Below are positions 52,348-63,119 of a stretch of DNA of 64,000 bases, one piece after another. Position 1 is the first letter of the stretch, and every line of letters begins with the position of its first letter. Under the pieces are notes generated by a model that had not been told where the DNA came from, searched no databases, and was given only the letters and a program-made list of their open reading frames with translations. The DNA is from Callorhinchus milii. Lineage: Eukaryota. The translations under genes were made by a program, and so were the position numbers. Location: assembly GCF_018977255.1 (NCBI RefSeq), contig NW_024704743.1, positions 93,374,001 through 93,438,000 of the forward strand. Reading direction: 5' to 3'.

Positions 52348-52900
52348 ACAACAACAACAAAATTGCATTTGTATAGCGCCTTTCACGTTGGGAGGAGGTC
52401 CCAAGGCGCTGGATGGACAGAGTTTCGGACCTGAGCTGGCGTGAAACAGGTCGGAGCCCGCTGAGTGGAGGGAATGAGCAGGATGGCAAGGGGTTAGGAG
52501 GTCACAGAGGTAGGGGGTAGAAAGACCATGGAGGGCTTTAAAGCTGAGAACCAGGATCTTGAACTATATCCTATGTGTGAATGGGAAGCCAGTGGAGTCG
52601 GGCGAGGATGGGGGTGATAGGGTCATGGAGCCTTGTGCGGGAGAGGACACAGCCTGCAGAGTTCTGGATGATCTGCAGCCTATGGAGGGAGGAGTTGGGA
52701 AGGCCAAGAAGCAGGGAGTTTGCATAGTCAAGCCTCGATGTAATGAAAGCATGTAAGAGGGTTTCGGGGGCCTGCGGTGTGAGACAATGGTGGAGCCGGG
52801 CGATGTTGCAGAGTTGGGGCAAGGCAGAGCAGGTCATGGCACAGATGTGGAGTGGAAAAGATAGTTGGGTGTCAAACAATATGGCAAGGTTCCGGATACC
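52348..52900 (-). mobile_element. Decayed L2 3' fragment with internal deletion
   Basis: RNLAILFDTQLSF...[14 protein letters not shown]...LARLHWLP; tail at 52348. Confidence 0.82.
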
Positions 52901-53329
52901 AAAGATCATTAATCAGCCTGATGTGAAGTGATTTCCTGCAGAAAATGTTATTTTCATCAAGATGTGCAATAACTAGAGTTTTCAACAGCAGCACTTTTTC
53001 AAACCTCATAGACTGAGAATACTGAACTAGAGGACATAGGTTTAAAATTAGCAAGTCTCCAGAGTTACCAGAGATCAGAATATTTCTCATAGACTCCTGG
53101 ATAATGTGAATCAGATTTCCAGCATAATCAGCTGAGATTGTGTTGGTTCATTTTTTCAGAAAATAAATTGATACATTTTTGGTTAGGATCAGTATTGGAG
53201 GTGATAGGGATAAATAAAATCAGCAAATACTGGAGGTTTTACAGATTGATACAAATCAACAAGTACGCCTTGAAACACAATGGTTTCTGTGCTATTGAGG
53301 CCATGGCAAAGCCAGGAGGCAGAGATGAA

Positions 53330-53450
53330 TGTAGGAACATAGGAACAGGAGTAGGCCATTCAGTCCCTTATGCCTGTTGCACCATTCTGTTAGATCATTG
53401 ATGATCTGTATCTCAACTCCATTTATCTGCCTTTGCTCCATATCCCTTGT
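53330..53450 (-). mobile_element. CR1-type 3' terminus
   Basis: Reverse complement reads GGGACTGAATGGCCTACTCCTGTTCCTATGTTCCTA, as I recall for elasmobranch CR1 tails. Confidence 0.7.
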
Positions 53451-54798
53451 AGAGATGAGGAAATAGATAATGTTCGGAGATTTTCATTGTCTTGGACAAT
53501 CTGGGAGTATCTACCAAGTATTCAATCCTCAGGAGATTGAGGACTGCATAGAGTCCATGAAGGGTTAGGTACTAGTCTGATCTGTGCAATAAATGTACTC
53601 AATGGTCTCATTGGACATTCTCAATTCATGCCTTCTTATTGTCTTAACAAAAGTCCTTACGGAAATCCTTACCTGAAACAAATTTCCAAATTGGTATAAA
53701 CTATGACATCCCAAGCATGTTCCTCTCTGCTAGCTTCAATATATGAGTCACCTTCAGTGGTTCAATGGTTGATCTTCTGAAGATTTTCCTTGGAGTCAAT
53801 AGCTTCCAAAAATGTCACTGGGTTGTAGCCTTGTGGACACTCAATATAGGCTTCCGTGGCATGTTTATGCTGTGCTATAGTTGTATTACACAGCAAGCCA
53901 AGCTCCTTTAATAATGCATGTTGGTTCATCTCGATAACATTGACGCTCCATACTGGCCAGCTAGTGTGGTGCACTCATCTTCTTACTGTGGGCATGGCCA
54001 GCTCCTTTATGACACTGGAATAGTATCTCTTTTTTACACCATTTTCTTTATTGCTGTTTTCTTTTATTGCTTTGGGACAAAAAACATACGCAGGCGTTTC
54101 AAGACAACCAAACAAATATGCATGACAAAACCAAATAGAGAAAAAGATTTCTCCCTGGGACAAAGAAATGCAGTTGAAGTCATTGGATGTCACAGCAGAT
54201 TGTTGAATATTCAGAATATCTGAGTGCTCAAGCCATGATTGTTTGGAATATTTTTTGTCATGTTTAGGGACTGTTTTAAGCAGCAAAATAAAACAATAGT
54301 TTTGAAGATAATCTGATTTCTTGGGAGATTTATTCCAGATTTTTCACTTCTGTGCAATAAGCCAAATAAATGAGAGGAGGAACATCTTGCTGATTGACTA
54401 TTCTTTACGTATGAGTTTGAACAATACGCGCTGGATAGCTCTTTGACTATTGAGGGAGGAGATAGCACAACTAAGACTGATATTCATGCATATGAGATGT
54501 TTTTTTTAAAAAAGCCCTGAATGGAAAAGCTGTGGGGCAATGGTGAGGTCTTATGGCATCTATGGGGAGCTTGAATTGTTGAGCATTTGTATTATATTGA
54601 TAGGGAAGAGCTGTGTTTTTACATAATTAAACTAAGTTCAGACCAAATGCCATTTTAAGAGTTAATCTTTGCCTGTGGTATAAACAAAACACACAGCAAG
54701 GAACACAGTGGGATAGATGCTTTGTTCTGCTTCTAAGACCATCATGTTAATGAGGATTAGTGCACAAACTCTCGGGGTGAATACTGTACAGGTTCAGT

Positions 54799-54993
54799 CG
54801 GGGAGCGGCGGCAGGACAGCGCGGGGAGGAGCCTGGGCCTACTGATCCAGGTACTTAAACTCGACGCCGGAGCGAGTTCAGCTAGGGGGGGGAGGGGAGG
54901 AGAGGGGGTGGTCTGGAGGCGGAGCGGGGGAACCGCTGACGTCATAGATTAGTTTTCAGGTGAGTGCGCGCGCAAAAAAAAAAAAAAAAAAAC
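54799..54993. promoter_or_regulatory. CpG-rich 5' leader of the L2 with CRE palindrome, GC boxes, splice-donor consensus and A20 tract
   Basis: TGACGTCA at 54937-54944; GGAGGCGGAG and GGGGAGGGG boxes; CAG|GTGAGT at 54957-54965; A20 at 54974-54993. Function is inferred only. Confidence 0.5.
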
Positions 54994-55116
54994 CCTCTGC
55001 ACCCCCCCCCCAGGGCTCACATCAGAGCCCACTAAGGTCCTGTTGGGTTCGCTGCCCCAATCTACGGGATAATGCCATCCACCTGACCGCTCGCTCCCGG
55101 TCCCCGCGTGCGCACT

Positions 55117-58100
55117 ATGGCTGCCGCTTTGACCCGAGCCCCCTCACCCCCTCCCTCCCTCCCCCCTCCTCTCTCCCCCCAAACCCTCCCCCCTCTGCAT
55201 CTCTCCCGCTCTCTCCTCCTCTCTCTCCGTCCCTCTCGTCTTCTATCCCCACTTGACCCTCTCACAACCTCCCTCTGCTCCAGCCTGGGAATCCTCCGCC
55301 GGGCTCACCATGGCACTCGGCGTTGGCTGTCCAGCAGCAGCCACACCGACTGCCCCATTCCCCACCACACTCGCCACCCACCCCGGACACAGACCCGGGG
55401 AGTCAACCTCTCCTCCCTCATCCCCATCTCCCCCACCCCTGCCTCACAACCTGGACCCCCATCCCCTCCCACACACCCTTCTGTCAACCGCTCCCTCCAC
55501 ATCGGACTGCAAAATGTCCACTCCCTCTGCAACATCCTTGATGAGAACGTTGATATCATGGCCTTAACGGAAACCTGGCTCACCCCAGGCGACACCTTCC
55601 CCCTCACGGAGGCCACGCCACCCGGCTACACCTCCCACCACATCCCCCGCCCCAACCGCCGTGGCGGTGGTGTTGCCCTTATCTCAAGGACACCACTTGC
55701 CCTATCCCCTTACTCCACTGGCTCTTTCCCCTCCTTTGAGCACCTCACCCTCTCCCACCCCTCATTCCTCTCCCTTAAAATCCTCCTCCTCTACCGGCCC
55801 CCTAAAACCTCTCCCACCTTCATCTCTGACATTTCAACACTCCTCACATCTCTTTGCCTCTGCTCTGATCGCCTCATCATCCTGGGCGACTTTAACCTAC
55901 ACTTCACCCCCTCCTGCTCCATCTCCACAGACTTCTCTTCCCTGCTCTCCTCACTCAACCTCTCCTTACACATAAACTCCCCCACTCACAGTCACGGCCA
56001 CCCACTCGATTTGGTGATCACCCGGGGCCTCAGTGTCTCGGATGTCACTATTACCGACAAGGCCATCTCTGACCACTACTTCATCTCCTTCACCACCTCC
56101 AACCCCCTCCCCACCTCCACCAGACCCACCACCATCTTCTACCGCCCTTGGAAGAAGTTACCCCCACAATCCCTAACCGATGCCTTGGAGTCCTCTGAAC
56201 TCCTCTCCCTCTGGCCTTCAACCCTCACCGACCCCTCTTCTCCTCTCTCCCTCCTCCACAATACCCTCTCCTCCACACTCGATACTCTTGCCCCCATCAC
56301 TTCCCGCACTGTCTCCTACTCCCGCTCCTCCCCCTGGTACACCACCCACCTCCGCTCACTGAAAAGCCAGGTGCGGGCTGCTGAACGCACCTGTGTCAAA
56401 TCTGGCCTAACGGTCCACCGACAAATCTGGCTGGACCTCCTCAAAATTTACCGCTCCACTCTAGCCTCGGCCAAGTCGTCCTTCTACTCCAGGATAATCC
56501 TGGAGGCGAAGAACAACCCCAGGCTACTGTTTTCCACCACAACCCGACTCCTCCGTCCCCCCCGCCACCCCGCGCAGGTCATCTCCTCCAACCTTCACTG
56601 CGAGGAGATGCTGGATTTCCTTGAATCCAAGATCAAGGGAATCCGCTCCGCGGTCACTTCCCCTCCAACTTCCACCAACCCCCCACCCCTTCCCTCCCAC
56701 ACTCCGACTCCTACCCATCCTCCCCTACACACCTTCGTACCCGTTTCCCCACCCTCTGTCACTGAACTCATCCTATCCCTAAAACCAACCACCTGCTCCC
56801 TTGACCCCATCCCCACTCCACTCCTTATCTCCCAGCTCCACTTTCTTGCCCCACATATCACTGACATCATCAACCTGTCCCTCTCCTCTGGCTCTGTCCC
56901 CATTCCATTAAAAACTGCCATCATCACGCCCACCCTGAAAAAACCCTCCCTTGATGCGTCGCAGCTATCAAGCTACCGGCCCATCTCCAACCTCCCCTTT
57001 CTCTCCAAGGTCTTGGAAAGAGTTGTCGCCTCCCAACTGCGCTCTTTCCTTTCCACCCATTCTCTTTTCGAACCCCTTCAGTCAGGTTTCCGTGCTGCCC
57101 ATAGCACAGAAACTGCCCTGGTCAAGGTCACCAATGATATCCTGACCATCTGTGACCAGGGCTCCCTCTGTCTCCTCGTCCTCCTCGACCTATCGGCAGC
57201 ATTCGATACGGTCGACCACGCTATCCTACTCCACCGCTTGTCCTCCCACCTCAACCTTCAAGGCACTGTCCTTGAATGGTTTAGGTCGTACCTTTCTCAC
57301 CGTCTTCACTTTGTCTCGACGAATGGCTTCTCCTCCACCCCCCGTACTGTCTCATGTGGTGTCCCTCAGGGCTCTGTCCTCGGTCCCCTCCTCTTCACCC
57401 TCTATATGCTCCCCCTCGGTGACATCATCCGCAGACATGGAGTTAACTTCCACATGTATGCGGATGACACCCAACTCTACCTTTCCTCCTCTACTCTCAA
57501 CTCCACGACCACCGATGTCCTGACAGCCTGCCTGTCCGACATCGAGTCCTGGACGAGAGACAACTTTCTTCAGCTCAACGTGCGAAAAACCGAGGCCCTC
57601 CTGATTGGCTCACGTCAGCGCCTCCGCACCTCAGGCGCTGACACCATCAGCATCCAAGGCTGCACTCTCCACCTCTCAAAGCCAGTCAGGAACCTCGGCG
57701 TTTTGTTCGACCCTGAGCTGTCCTTTCTCCCTCACATCCGCACCACAACTGGCACCGCCTTCCATCACCTCCGGAACATCGCCAGACTACGGCATTACCT
57801 CACCCCTCACGCTGCTGAAACCCTGGTTCACGCCTTTGTCACCTCAAGGCTGGACTATGGGAACTCTCTCCTCGCCGGCCTTCCCGCCACCTCCCTCCAC
57901 AAGCTGCAGGTCATTCAGAACTCTGCAGCTCGTGTACTGTCCCGCACCAGGCTTCGGGACCACATCACTCCCACCCTCGCTCGCCTCCACTGGCTCCCCA
58001 TCCCCCAGAGGATTGATTTCAAGATCCTCATCCTCACCTACAAGGCCATTCACGGCCTTGCTCCCTCCTACCTCTCCAACCTACTATCCCCCTACCTACC

Positions 58101-58398
58101 TGCCCGTACCCTCCGTTCCTCTGGCTCCGGTCTGCTCCACGTCCCCCGCCCCAACCGCCCTACCATCGGTGGTCGGGCCTTCAGCCTCTCAGCCCCCAGG
58201 CTCTGGAACTCCATCCCCCAGTGCCTTCGCCTTGCTTCCTCCCTTTCCTCCTTCAAGGCCGGTCTCAAAACCTTTCTCTTTGACCGTGCCTTCAGCTCCC
58301 CTCTCGACTCTCTTCCCCTCCTCGCTCCTTCCCTTCCCTCCCCTCACCCTGACCATTTCCCCCCTCCTTGCTCCCTCCCTTCCCTCCCCTCACCCTGA
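55117..58398 (+). CDS. L2 retrotransposon ORF2-type protein: APE endonuclease + reverse transcriptase, 1093 aa from first ATG
   Basis: First in-frame ATG is in good Kozak context (ACTATGG). EN motifs: GLQNV, LTETWL, YRPP, GDFN, PTH..LDL, SDH. RT motifs: [66 protein letters not shown]-terminal LHWLP..RIDFKIL and RAFS..APRLWN are typical of L2. Confidence 0.93.
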   Translation: MAAALTRAPSPPPSLPPPLSPQTLPPLHLSRSLLLSLRPSRLLSPLDPLTTSLCSSLGILRRAHHGTRRWLSSSSHTDCPIPHHTRHPPRTQTRGVNLSSLIPISPTPASQPGPPSPPTHPSVNRSLHIGLQNVHSLCNILDENVDIMALTETWLTPGDTFPLTEATPPGYTSHHIPRPNRRGGGVALISRTPLALSPYSTGSFPSFEHLTLSHPSFLSLKILLLYRPPKTSPTFISDISTLLTSLCLCSDRLIILGDFNLHFTPSCSISTDFSSLLSSLNLSLHINSPTHSHGHPLDLVITRGLSVSDVTITDKAISDHYFISFTTSNPLPTSTRPTTIFYRPWKKLPPQSLTDALESSELLSLWPSTLTDPSSPLSLLHNTLSSTLDTLAPITSRTVSYSRSSPWYTTHLRSLKSQVRAAERTCVKSGLTVHRQIWLDLLKIYRSTLASAKSSFYSRIILEAKNNPRLLFSTTTRLLRPPRHPAQVISSNLHCEEMLDFLESKIKGIRSAVTSPPTSTNPPPLPSHTPTPTHPPLHTFVPVSPPSVTELILSLKPTTCSLDPIPTPLLISQLHFLAPHITDIINLSLSSGSVPIPLKTAIITPTLKKPSLDASQLSSYRPISNLPFLSKVLERVVASQLRSFLSTHSLFEPLQSGFRAAHSTETALVKVTNDILTICDQGSLCLLVLLDLSAAFDTVDHAILLHRLSSHLNLQGTVLEWFRSYLSHRLHFVSTNGFSSTPRTVSCGVPQGSVLGPLLFTLYMLPLGDIIRRHGVNFHMYADDTQLYLSSSTLNSTTTDVLTACLSDIESWTRDNFLQLNVRKTEALLIGSRQRLRTSGADTISIQGCTLHLSKPVRNLGVLFDPELSFLPHIRTTTGTAFHHLRNIARLRHYLTPHAAETLVHAFVTSRLDYGNSLLAGLPATSLHKLQVIQNSAARVLSRTRLRDHITPTLARLHWLPIPQRIDFKILILTYKAIHGLAPSYLSNLLSPYLPARTLRSSGSGLLHVPRPNRPTIGGRAFSLSAPRLWNSIPQCLRLASSLSSFKAGLKTFLFDRAFSSPLDSLPLLAPSLPSPHPDHFPPPCSLPSLPSP

Positions 58399-58671
58399 CC
58401 ATTTCCCCCCTGCTCGGGTCATGACCCAACTGTGCAGCGCCTTGGGACGTCCTCCTGACGTGAAAGGCGCTTTATAAATGGAATCTTGTTGTTGTTGTTG
58501 TTGTTGTTGTTGTTCAGTTAGATAAAAGAAGCATTTATTCTGTTGCAAGAATCTTTCCATTAAGAGGCTTTGCATCTATTCTATATCGTGCAGTGGATAT
58601 GGTGTAGTGGAATTTGAGCATCTGTAAAACAGAATGGCAAGTGTGGTTGTTGCCTGTGATTCCCACAAACC

Positions 58672-58930
58672 AACAAACAAAATTACATTTATATAGCACC
58701 TTCCACATCAGAAGGATACCCCAAGGTGTTGGACTGTCAAGAATTTGCACCCAAGCTGAGACTGTAATCAAGAGGGGTGGAGGGTAGGGTGGTTGGGAAG
58801 CTAGTAAAAGGTACGGTCAAAGTCTTGAGATGGGTCTTGAAGGAGGCAAGGGAGGGAGTGAGGCAGAGTGATCTCACAGAATGGAGTTCGAGAGGGTAGG
58901 GGTCAGAAAGGCTGAAGACCCGACTGTTGA
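58672..58930 (-). mobile_element. Old L2 3' remnant
   Basis: SLASFKTHLKT; degenerate hairpin and tail. Confidence 0.65.
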
Positions 58931-59739
58931 TACTCAATCCCCTCAAGCACTTCAAACAAGCAGAAGTCAGATATCTCCACAGGGAAGGAGACCAGACTAT
59001 AGGACAGATCACTACAGGCTTTTCACAATAACCAGCCCCTGAGAAGCTCTATGAGCAGGAGCAGCATATCCGCTTGGCAGGTTTATGGTGTGCATTACTG
59101 GAAGCATAAACGTATGCTTTTCAGTGCGTTGTTGAATAAAATTAGTTCCCTCAATAGTGCGTTAAAGAGGATTATAAGGGCAAATTGTTGTTATTGTTGT
59201 TGTATGCTCGAATGGAACAACTAATCTGAGGGCTGGGCAGAGTGCACATTTTTGCTCTTCCACAGGAGATCGAACCTGAAAAAATTATTAAAAGAACAGA
59301 ACAAATTTAAAAGTTCCCCAGTGTCCACAATTCATAGTTCAAAAACATAAGTGATATCTGAGATGGAGCCTAACAGATTTGTGCAACCAAGAGGGTCCAC
59401 CCTCCTAATGGCTCATTAGTGTTTAACATAACAAACTGCTTTTCTTAACTAGTGTGAGCAGAAAATTAAGCCACCCATTTGTTATCAACATTGCAAACTT
59501 TACCCCATAGACTTTTTATAAAATAGGAACAAAGCAATTTTTCCAATGCATCATTTGTTTTTCTCTATGCTTAATTATCGTAAGCATATCTACCCATACT
59601 ACTCCTGGTTGTACTGGCTGGGGCATGGAGTGCCCAACTCAGTCCAAAATGTATCAACACTGTGACCTGAGGAGGAGTAACTCTTCCCCTTTCAGTTGCT
59701 CACTCAGTGCAGGACATCTTTGTGCTCTGTTTTAACAAT

Positions 59740-59911
59740 TATAATCCTTGTATTTGATATAGCACCTCTGACATTCTGAGAACATCTCAAAGTGCTTTAC
59801 AGGATATTCTGGTAAGTGTCAAGTGTCCCGCAAAAAGCCAATATCCTGTGAAGCATCTTGAAGTGGCTCAAATTCATGGAAAGGCACAATATCAAATTCA
59901 AGGATTATTAT
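59740..59911. repeat. Two SINE 3' ends back-to-back in inverted orientation
   Basis: ATAATCCTTG...CAGGATATT, ~30-nt spacer, AATATCCTG...CAAGGATTAT. Confidence 0.75.
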
Positions 59912-60030
59912 GAAGTAAATGACCAATCTGGAAGTCATCTGGCTATGTGGGATTGTCATCTTATTTGACTTGCTGACAATTTACAGGCATCTGATGTTCA
60001 CTTCCTTATTTACGTTTGTCTGATTGTTTT

Positions 60031-60471
60031 CGAATTCAAGATCCTCACCCTCACCTACAAGGCCATTCACGGCCTTGCTCCCCCCTACCTCTCCGACCTA
60101 CTATCCCCCTACCTACCTGCCCATACCCTCCGTTCCTCTGGCTCCGGTCTGCTCCACATCCCCCTCCCCAACCGCCCTACCATCGGTGGCCGGGCCTTCA
60201 GCCTCTCAGCCCCTAGGCTCTGGAACTCTATCCCCCAGTACCTTCGCCGCTTCCTCCCTTTCCTCCTTCAAGGCCGGTCTCAAGACCTTTCTCTTTGACC
60301 ATGCCTTCAGCTCCCCTCTCGACTCTCTACCCCCTCCTCGCTCCCTCCCTTCCCTCCCCTCACCCTGACCATTTCCCCCTTGCTCGGGTCCTGACCCAAC
60401 TGTACAGCGCCTTGGGACGTCCTCCCGACGTGAAAGGCACTCAATAAATGGAATCTTGTTGTTGTTGTTGT
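60031..60471 (+). mobile_element. L2 family A 3' fragment
   Basis: [15 protein letters not shown]..., hairpin, (TTG)n. Confidence 0.9.
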
Positions 60472-60619
60472 CTGTTTAAAGGAATTTGGTACAACACAGT
60501 GTAAATGATAATATTGAACTGTTAGATTGGATAATATTGAACTTCAGAATGCCATATTACCGCTTTCTGACAGAACATAAATCTTTCCTCCTTGTGGAGG
60601 GGGTAGGAAAGGAAAGCAA

Positions 60620-61140
60620 AGCGGAGCTGGAATGGCTCCAAGGTTATGTGCCTGGCCATGGAATATCACAATCAAATCGATCCTTTATTTCAGTCAGTAG
60701 TCTGGTTCCTGAGCCAGCCAGGTCCCCAGTATTCCAAGGCACTGTGGCCTTGGCTCATTGGCAAGATTTGGAGGGGCAGCTTTTCTTCCCACTCAGCTTC
60801 TGTTAACCCTGCAAGTCAAAGGCTTAATGGGTAGGATGGTCTGAGCTGGGCAAGCAGTGGGAAGCTTACTAGACAGTTGGCAATGGCTAAATATGCAGTT
60901 TTAGCTGGATAAACTCCAGCAGTAACCTAATGCATTATCTGGGTCCCCCAGGCTTTGCTGCTGCCAATCTGTGACTATAACATTCCAGGATTAGATAAGC
61001 AGGTTGCATCCCTTTGGCTAGAGATTGCATAGTTGGTTCCAGGAAGGAGGGAATTTCCAGGTATATGTGGACATCTCAGTCTGATTTGGATAATGTTAAC
61101 ATGACAATGGTTTTCCAAGTGTGTCAGATACCTGGATGAC
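60620..61140 (-). repeat. Unclassified interspersed repeat copy
   Basis: Reverse complement is collinear with 63120-63692. Confidence 0.75.
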
Positions 61141-61179
61141 ACAATCAAATAAGCCAATCAATCAATCAATCAATCAATT

Positions 61180-61400
61180 GAGAATGTGGAACTCACTGCT
61201 AAAAGTTTTGGTTGAAGCAGAAAGCATCAACGTATTTAAGACAAAATTTGATATTTACATGAAGGAGAAGGAAATAGATGGATATGGGAGAGGAACTTAG
61301 GGTGGTTGGAGGCTCACATGGAGTATAAACAATGGCATGGTCTTGCTTGTTTCCGTAAAGTAATAGTCCATTCAATTCTATATAATCAATCATACAAAGA
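61180..61400 (+). mobile_element. Old CR1 3' remnant
   Basis: ATGTGGAACTCACTGC...GGTTGAAGCAGA...ATTTAAGAC..., preceded by (CAAT)n at 61155-61178. Confidence 0.6.
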
Positions 61401-61526
61401 TTTGACCTTTCATTTACTGGGACAAGCAAGCCTTTTTCTGAATGTTATATTCATGCAGCATTAACATTCTCACAAGGAACTGGAATAATTTCTGAATTGA
61501 AGAAATGAGATATCCTCCTGACATGA

Positions 61527-61844
61527 AATAATAATAATAATAATAATCCTTGCATTTGATATAGCGCTTTTCATGTCGGGAGGACGTCCCAAAGCGCTTC
61601 ACAGAACACACTGTAAAGTGAATTGACTGTATATTTGTGGGCGAACGCGGCAGCCAATTGCGCACAGCAATGTCCCACAAGCAGTCGTAGATTGAAAATG
61701 ACTAATTTATTATTGTTTTTGGAGGGATTATTATCAGGCGTGTGGAGTAAGGAAACTTGCCCAAGGTTTCGCCCTGCCTGGAATTGAACTCAGGTCTCTC
61801 GCTTACAAAGCGAGTGCTCCAACCATTGGGTTACAGGACTCCAC
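61527..61844 (-). mobile_element. Young SINE subfamily C
   Basis: Near-identical reverse complement of the 22095 copy. Confidence 0.92.
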
Positions 61845-62610
61845 GTGTGGAAATGTGTTGTATAGGTGTGATTTGTTGTTGTGGAACTTGGAATAAACTA
61901 AATACTTCTGCCTTTCTGAATGTATAGGAACCACCGTGGCCTTCTAAAATCATCTGCATATGTAGTAACCTGCATTTATGTTGAAGCATAAAACTTACTG
62001 AAATATGAGAAAAATAACATATCACTCTGTTTTGTGAAATTAACATTCACACGATGCCTAGAGTGAAATCTTCTTGTTCAGACGAATATTAGAATTCAGA
62101 AACTGCAGAGTTTGTTCCATCACCAGTGCAGCCTGGAACAGATTATGACAGTTTTCATTGCTATAATGAAAATGCAGTATAACAGACCTCGGAAAAGATT
62201 GCTTCATTTTAACTTTTTAATTAAGTATTTGGTTCATGTATAAGACCCAAAAAACAAATCACAAAACCATGCGAGGACAGTATTATAACATATATAACCC
62301 ATTGCATCATTATCCAGAGGAAATCTACAAAACAATATTTTTTCCCAATGTAATCTAGAAGAGATAGCAAGATAAATAAATCCCTGTTGCGGCAAATATA
62401 AGATGATTTAGAGGAAAGAGCAGGGGCTTAGTGATTTAGTTGGTAGTATGCTTACTTCTGAGTCAGAATGTTGTGGGTACAAGCTCTGGGTTGAGACTTT
62501 GAGCTCACAGTCTAGGATGTTTGTAAACCTGAGACCAGTGGAAGAGATTAAAAATAAAGTACTGCTTGGCTGCAGTTTCTAGCATTTGCACTTCTACAGA
62601 CATAGCCATC

Positions 62611-62976
62611 GTGGAATCCTGTAGCATATTGGTTAGAGCACTCACCTCACAAGCGGGAGGATCTGGATTCAATCTCCGGGCAGGGCAAAACATAAGGCAA
62701 GTTTCCTTACTCCACATGCCTCTGTTTACCTAGCAGTAAGTAGGAACCCTTATAAGTCAATTGGCAGATCACTTTTCCAGGGATAATAAACCCTTAAAAA
62801 AATGTGGTCACCCAATCCACAACTGTTTGTGGACACTGTTGTGTGGAATTGACTGCTGCGTTTAGCCCACAAAATATACAATCAACTCACTTTACAGTAT
62901 ATTCTGTGAAGCGCTTTGAGACGTCTCAAAGATGAGATAAGGTGCTATATCAAATGCAATGATTATTATTATTATT
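62611..62976 (+). mobile_element. SINE subfamily B, full length
   Basis: Collinear with the 5125 copy. Confidence 0.9.
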
Positions 62977-63119
62977 TACATCCATAGAGATATTTGAGGC
63001 TCAAAATTGTGTGATAAAATCTTAATGGGGGTAATTGGAAGAGAATGGAGGGGGACCAATGCACAGAAACTTCAGATTTTCTGTGAAATGTTTTTTGTGG
63101 TCATCAATAAGTTTGGGGG

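Larger units (their letters stand above)
54799..58511 (+). mobile_element. Apparently full-length young L2-clade LINE (family A), single ORF
   Basis: Flanked by direct repeat GTTCAGT (54792-54798 and 58512-58518; overlaps the tail). GC/CpG-rich leader, continuous EN+RT ORF, 3' stem-loop at 58436-58471, then (TTG)n tail. Confidence 0.92.

Noticed and set aside
53693..54223. Plus-strand class C GPCR-like fragments (FMLCYSCI; LFYTIFFIAVFFYCFGTKNIRRRF)
   Set aside because: Several stops, wrong spacing between putative helices, needs ad hoc frameshifts; resemblance by eye only. An HMM search against 7tm_3 would settle it.
57605..58477. Long alternative-frame and antisense ORFs (290 aa here and at 7319-8191; 256 aa at 40003-40773)
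   Set aside because: By-products of the C-rich, stop-poor L2 composition; low-complexity Ser/Pro or Arg/Glu translations.
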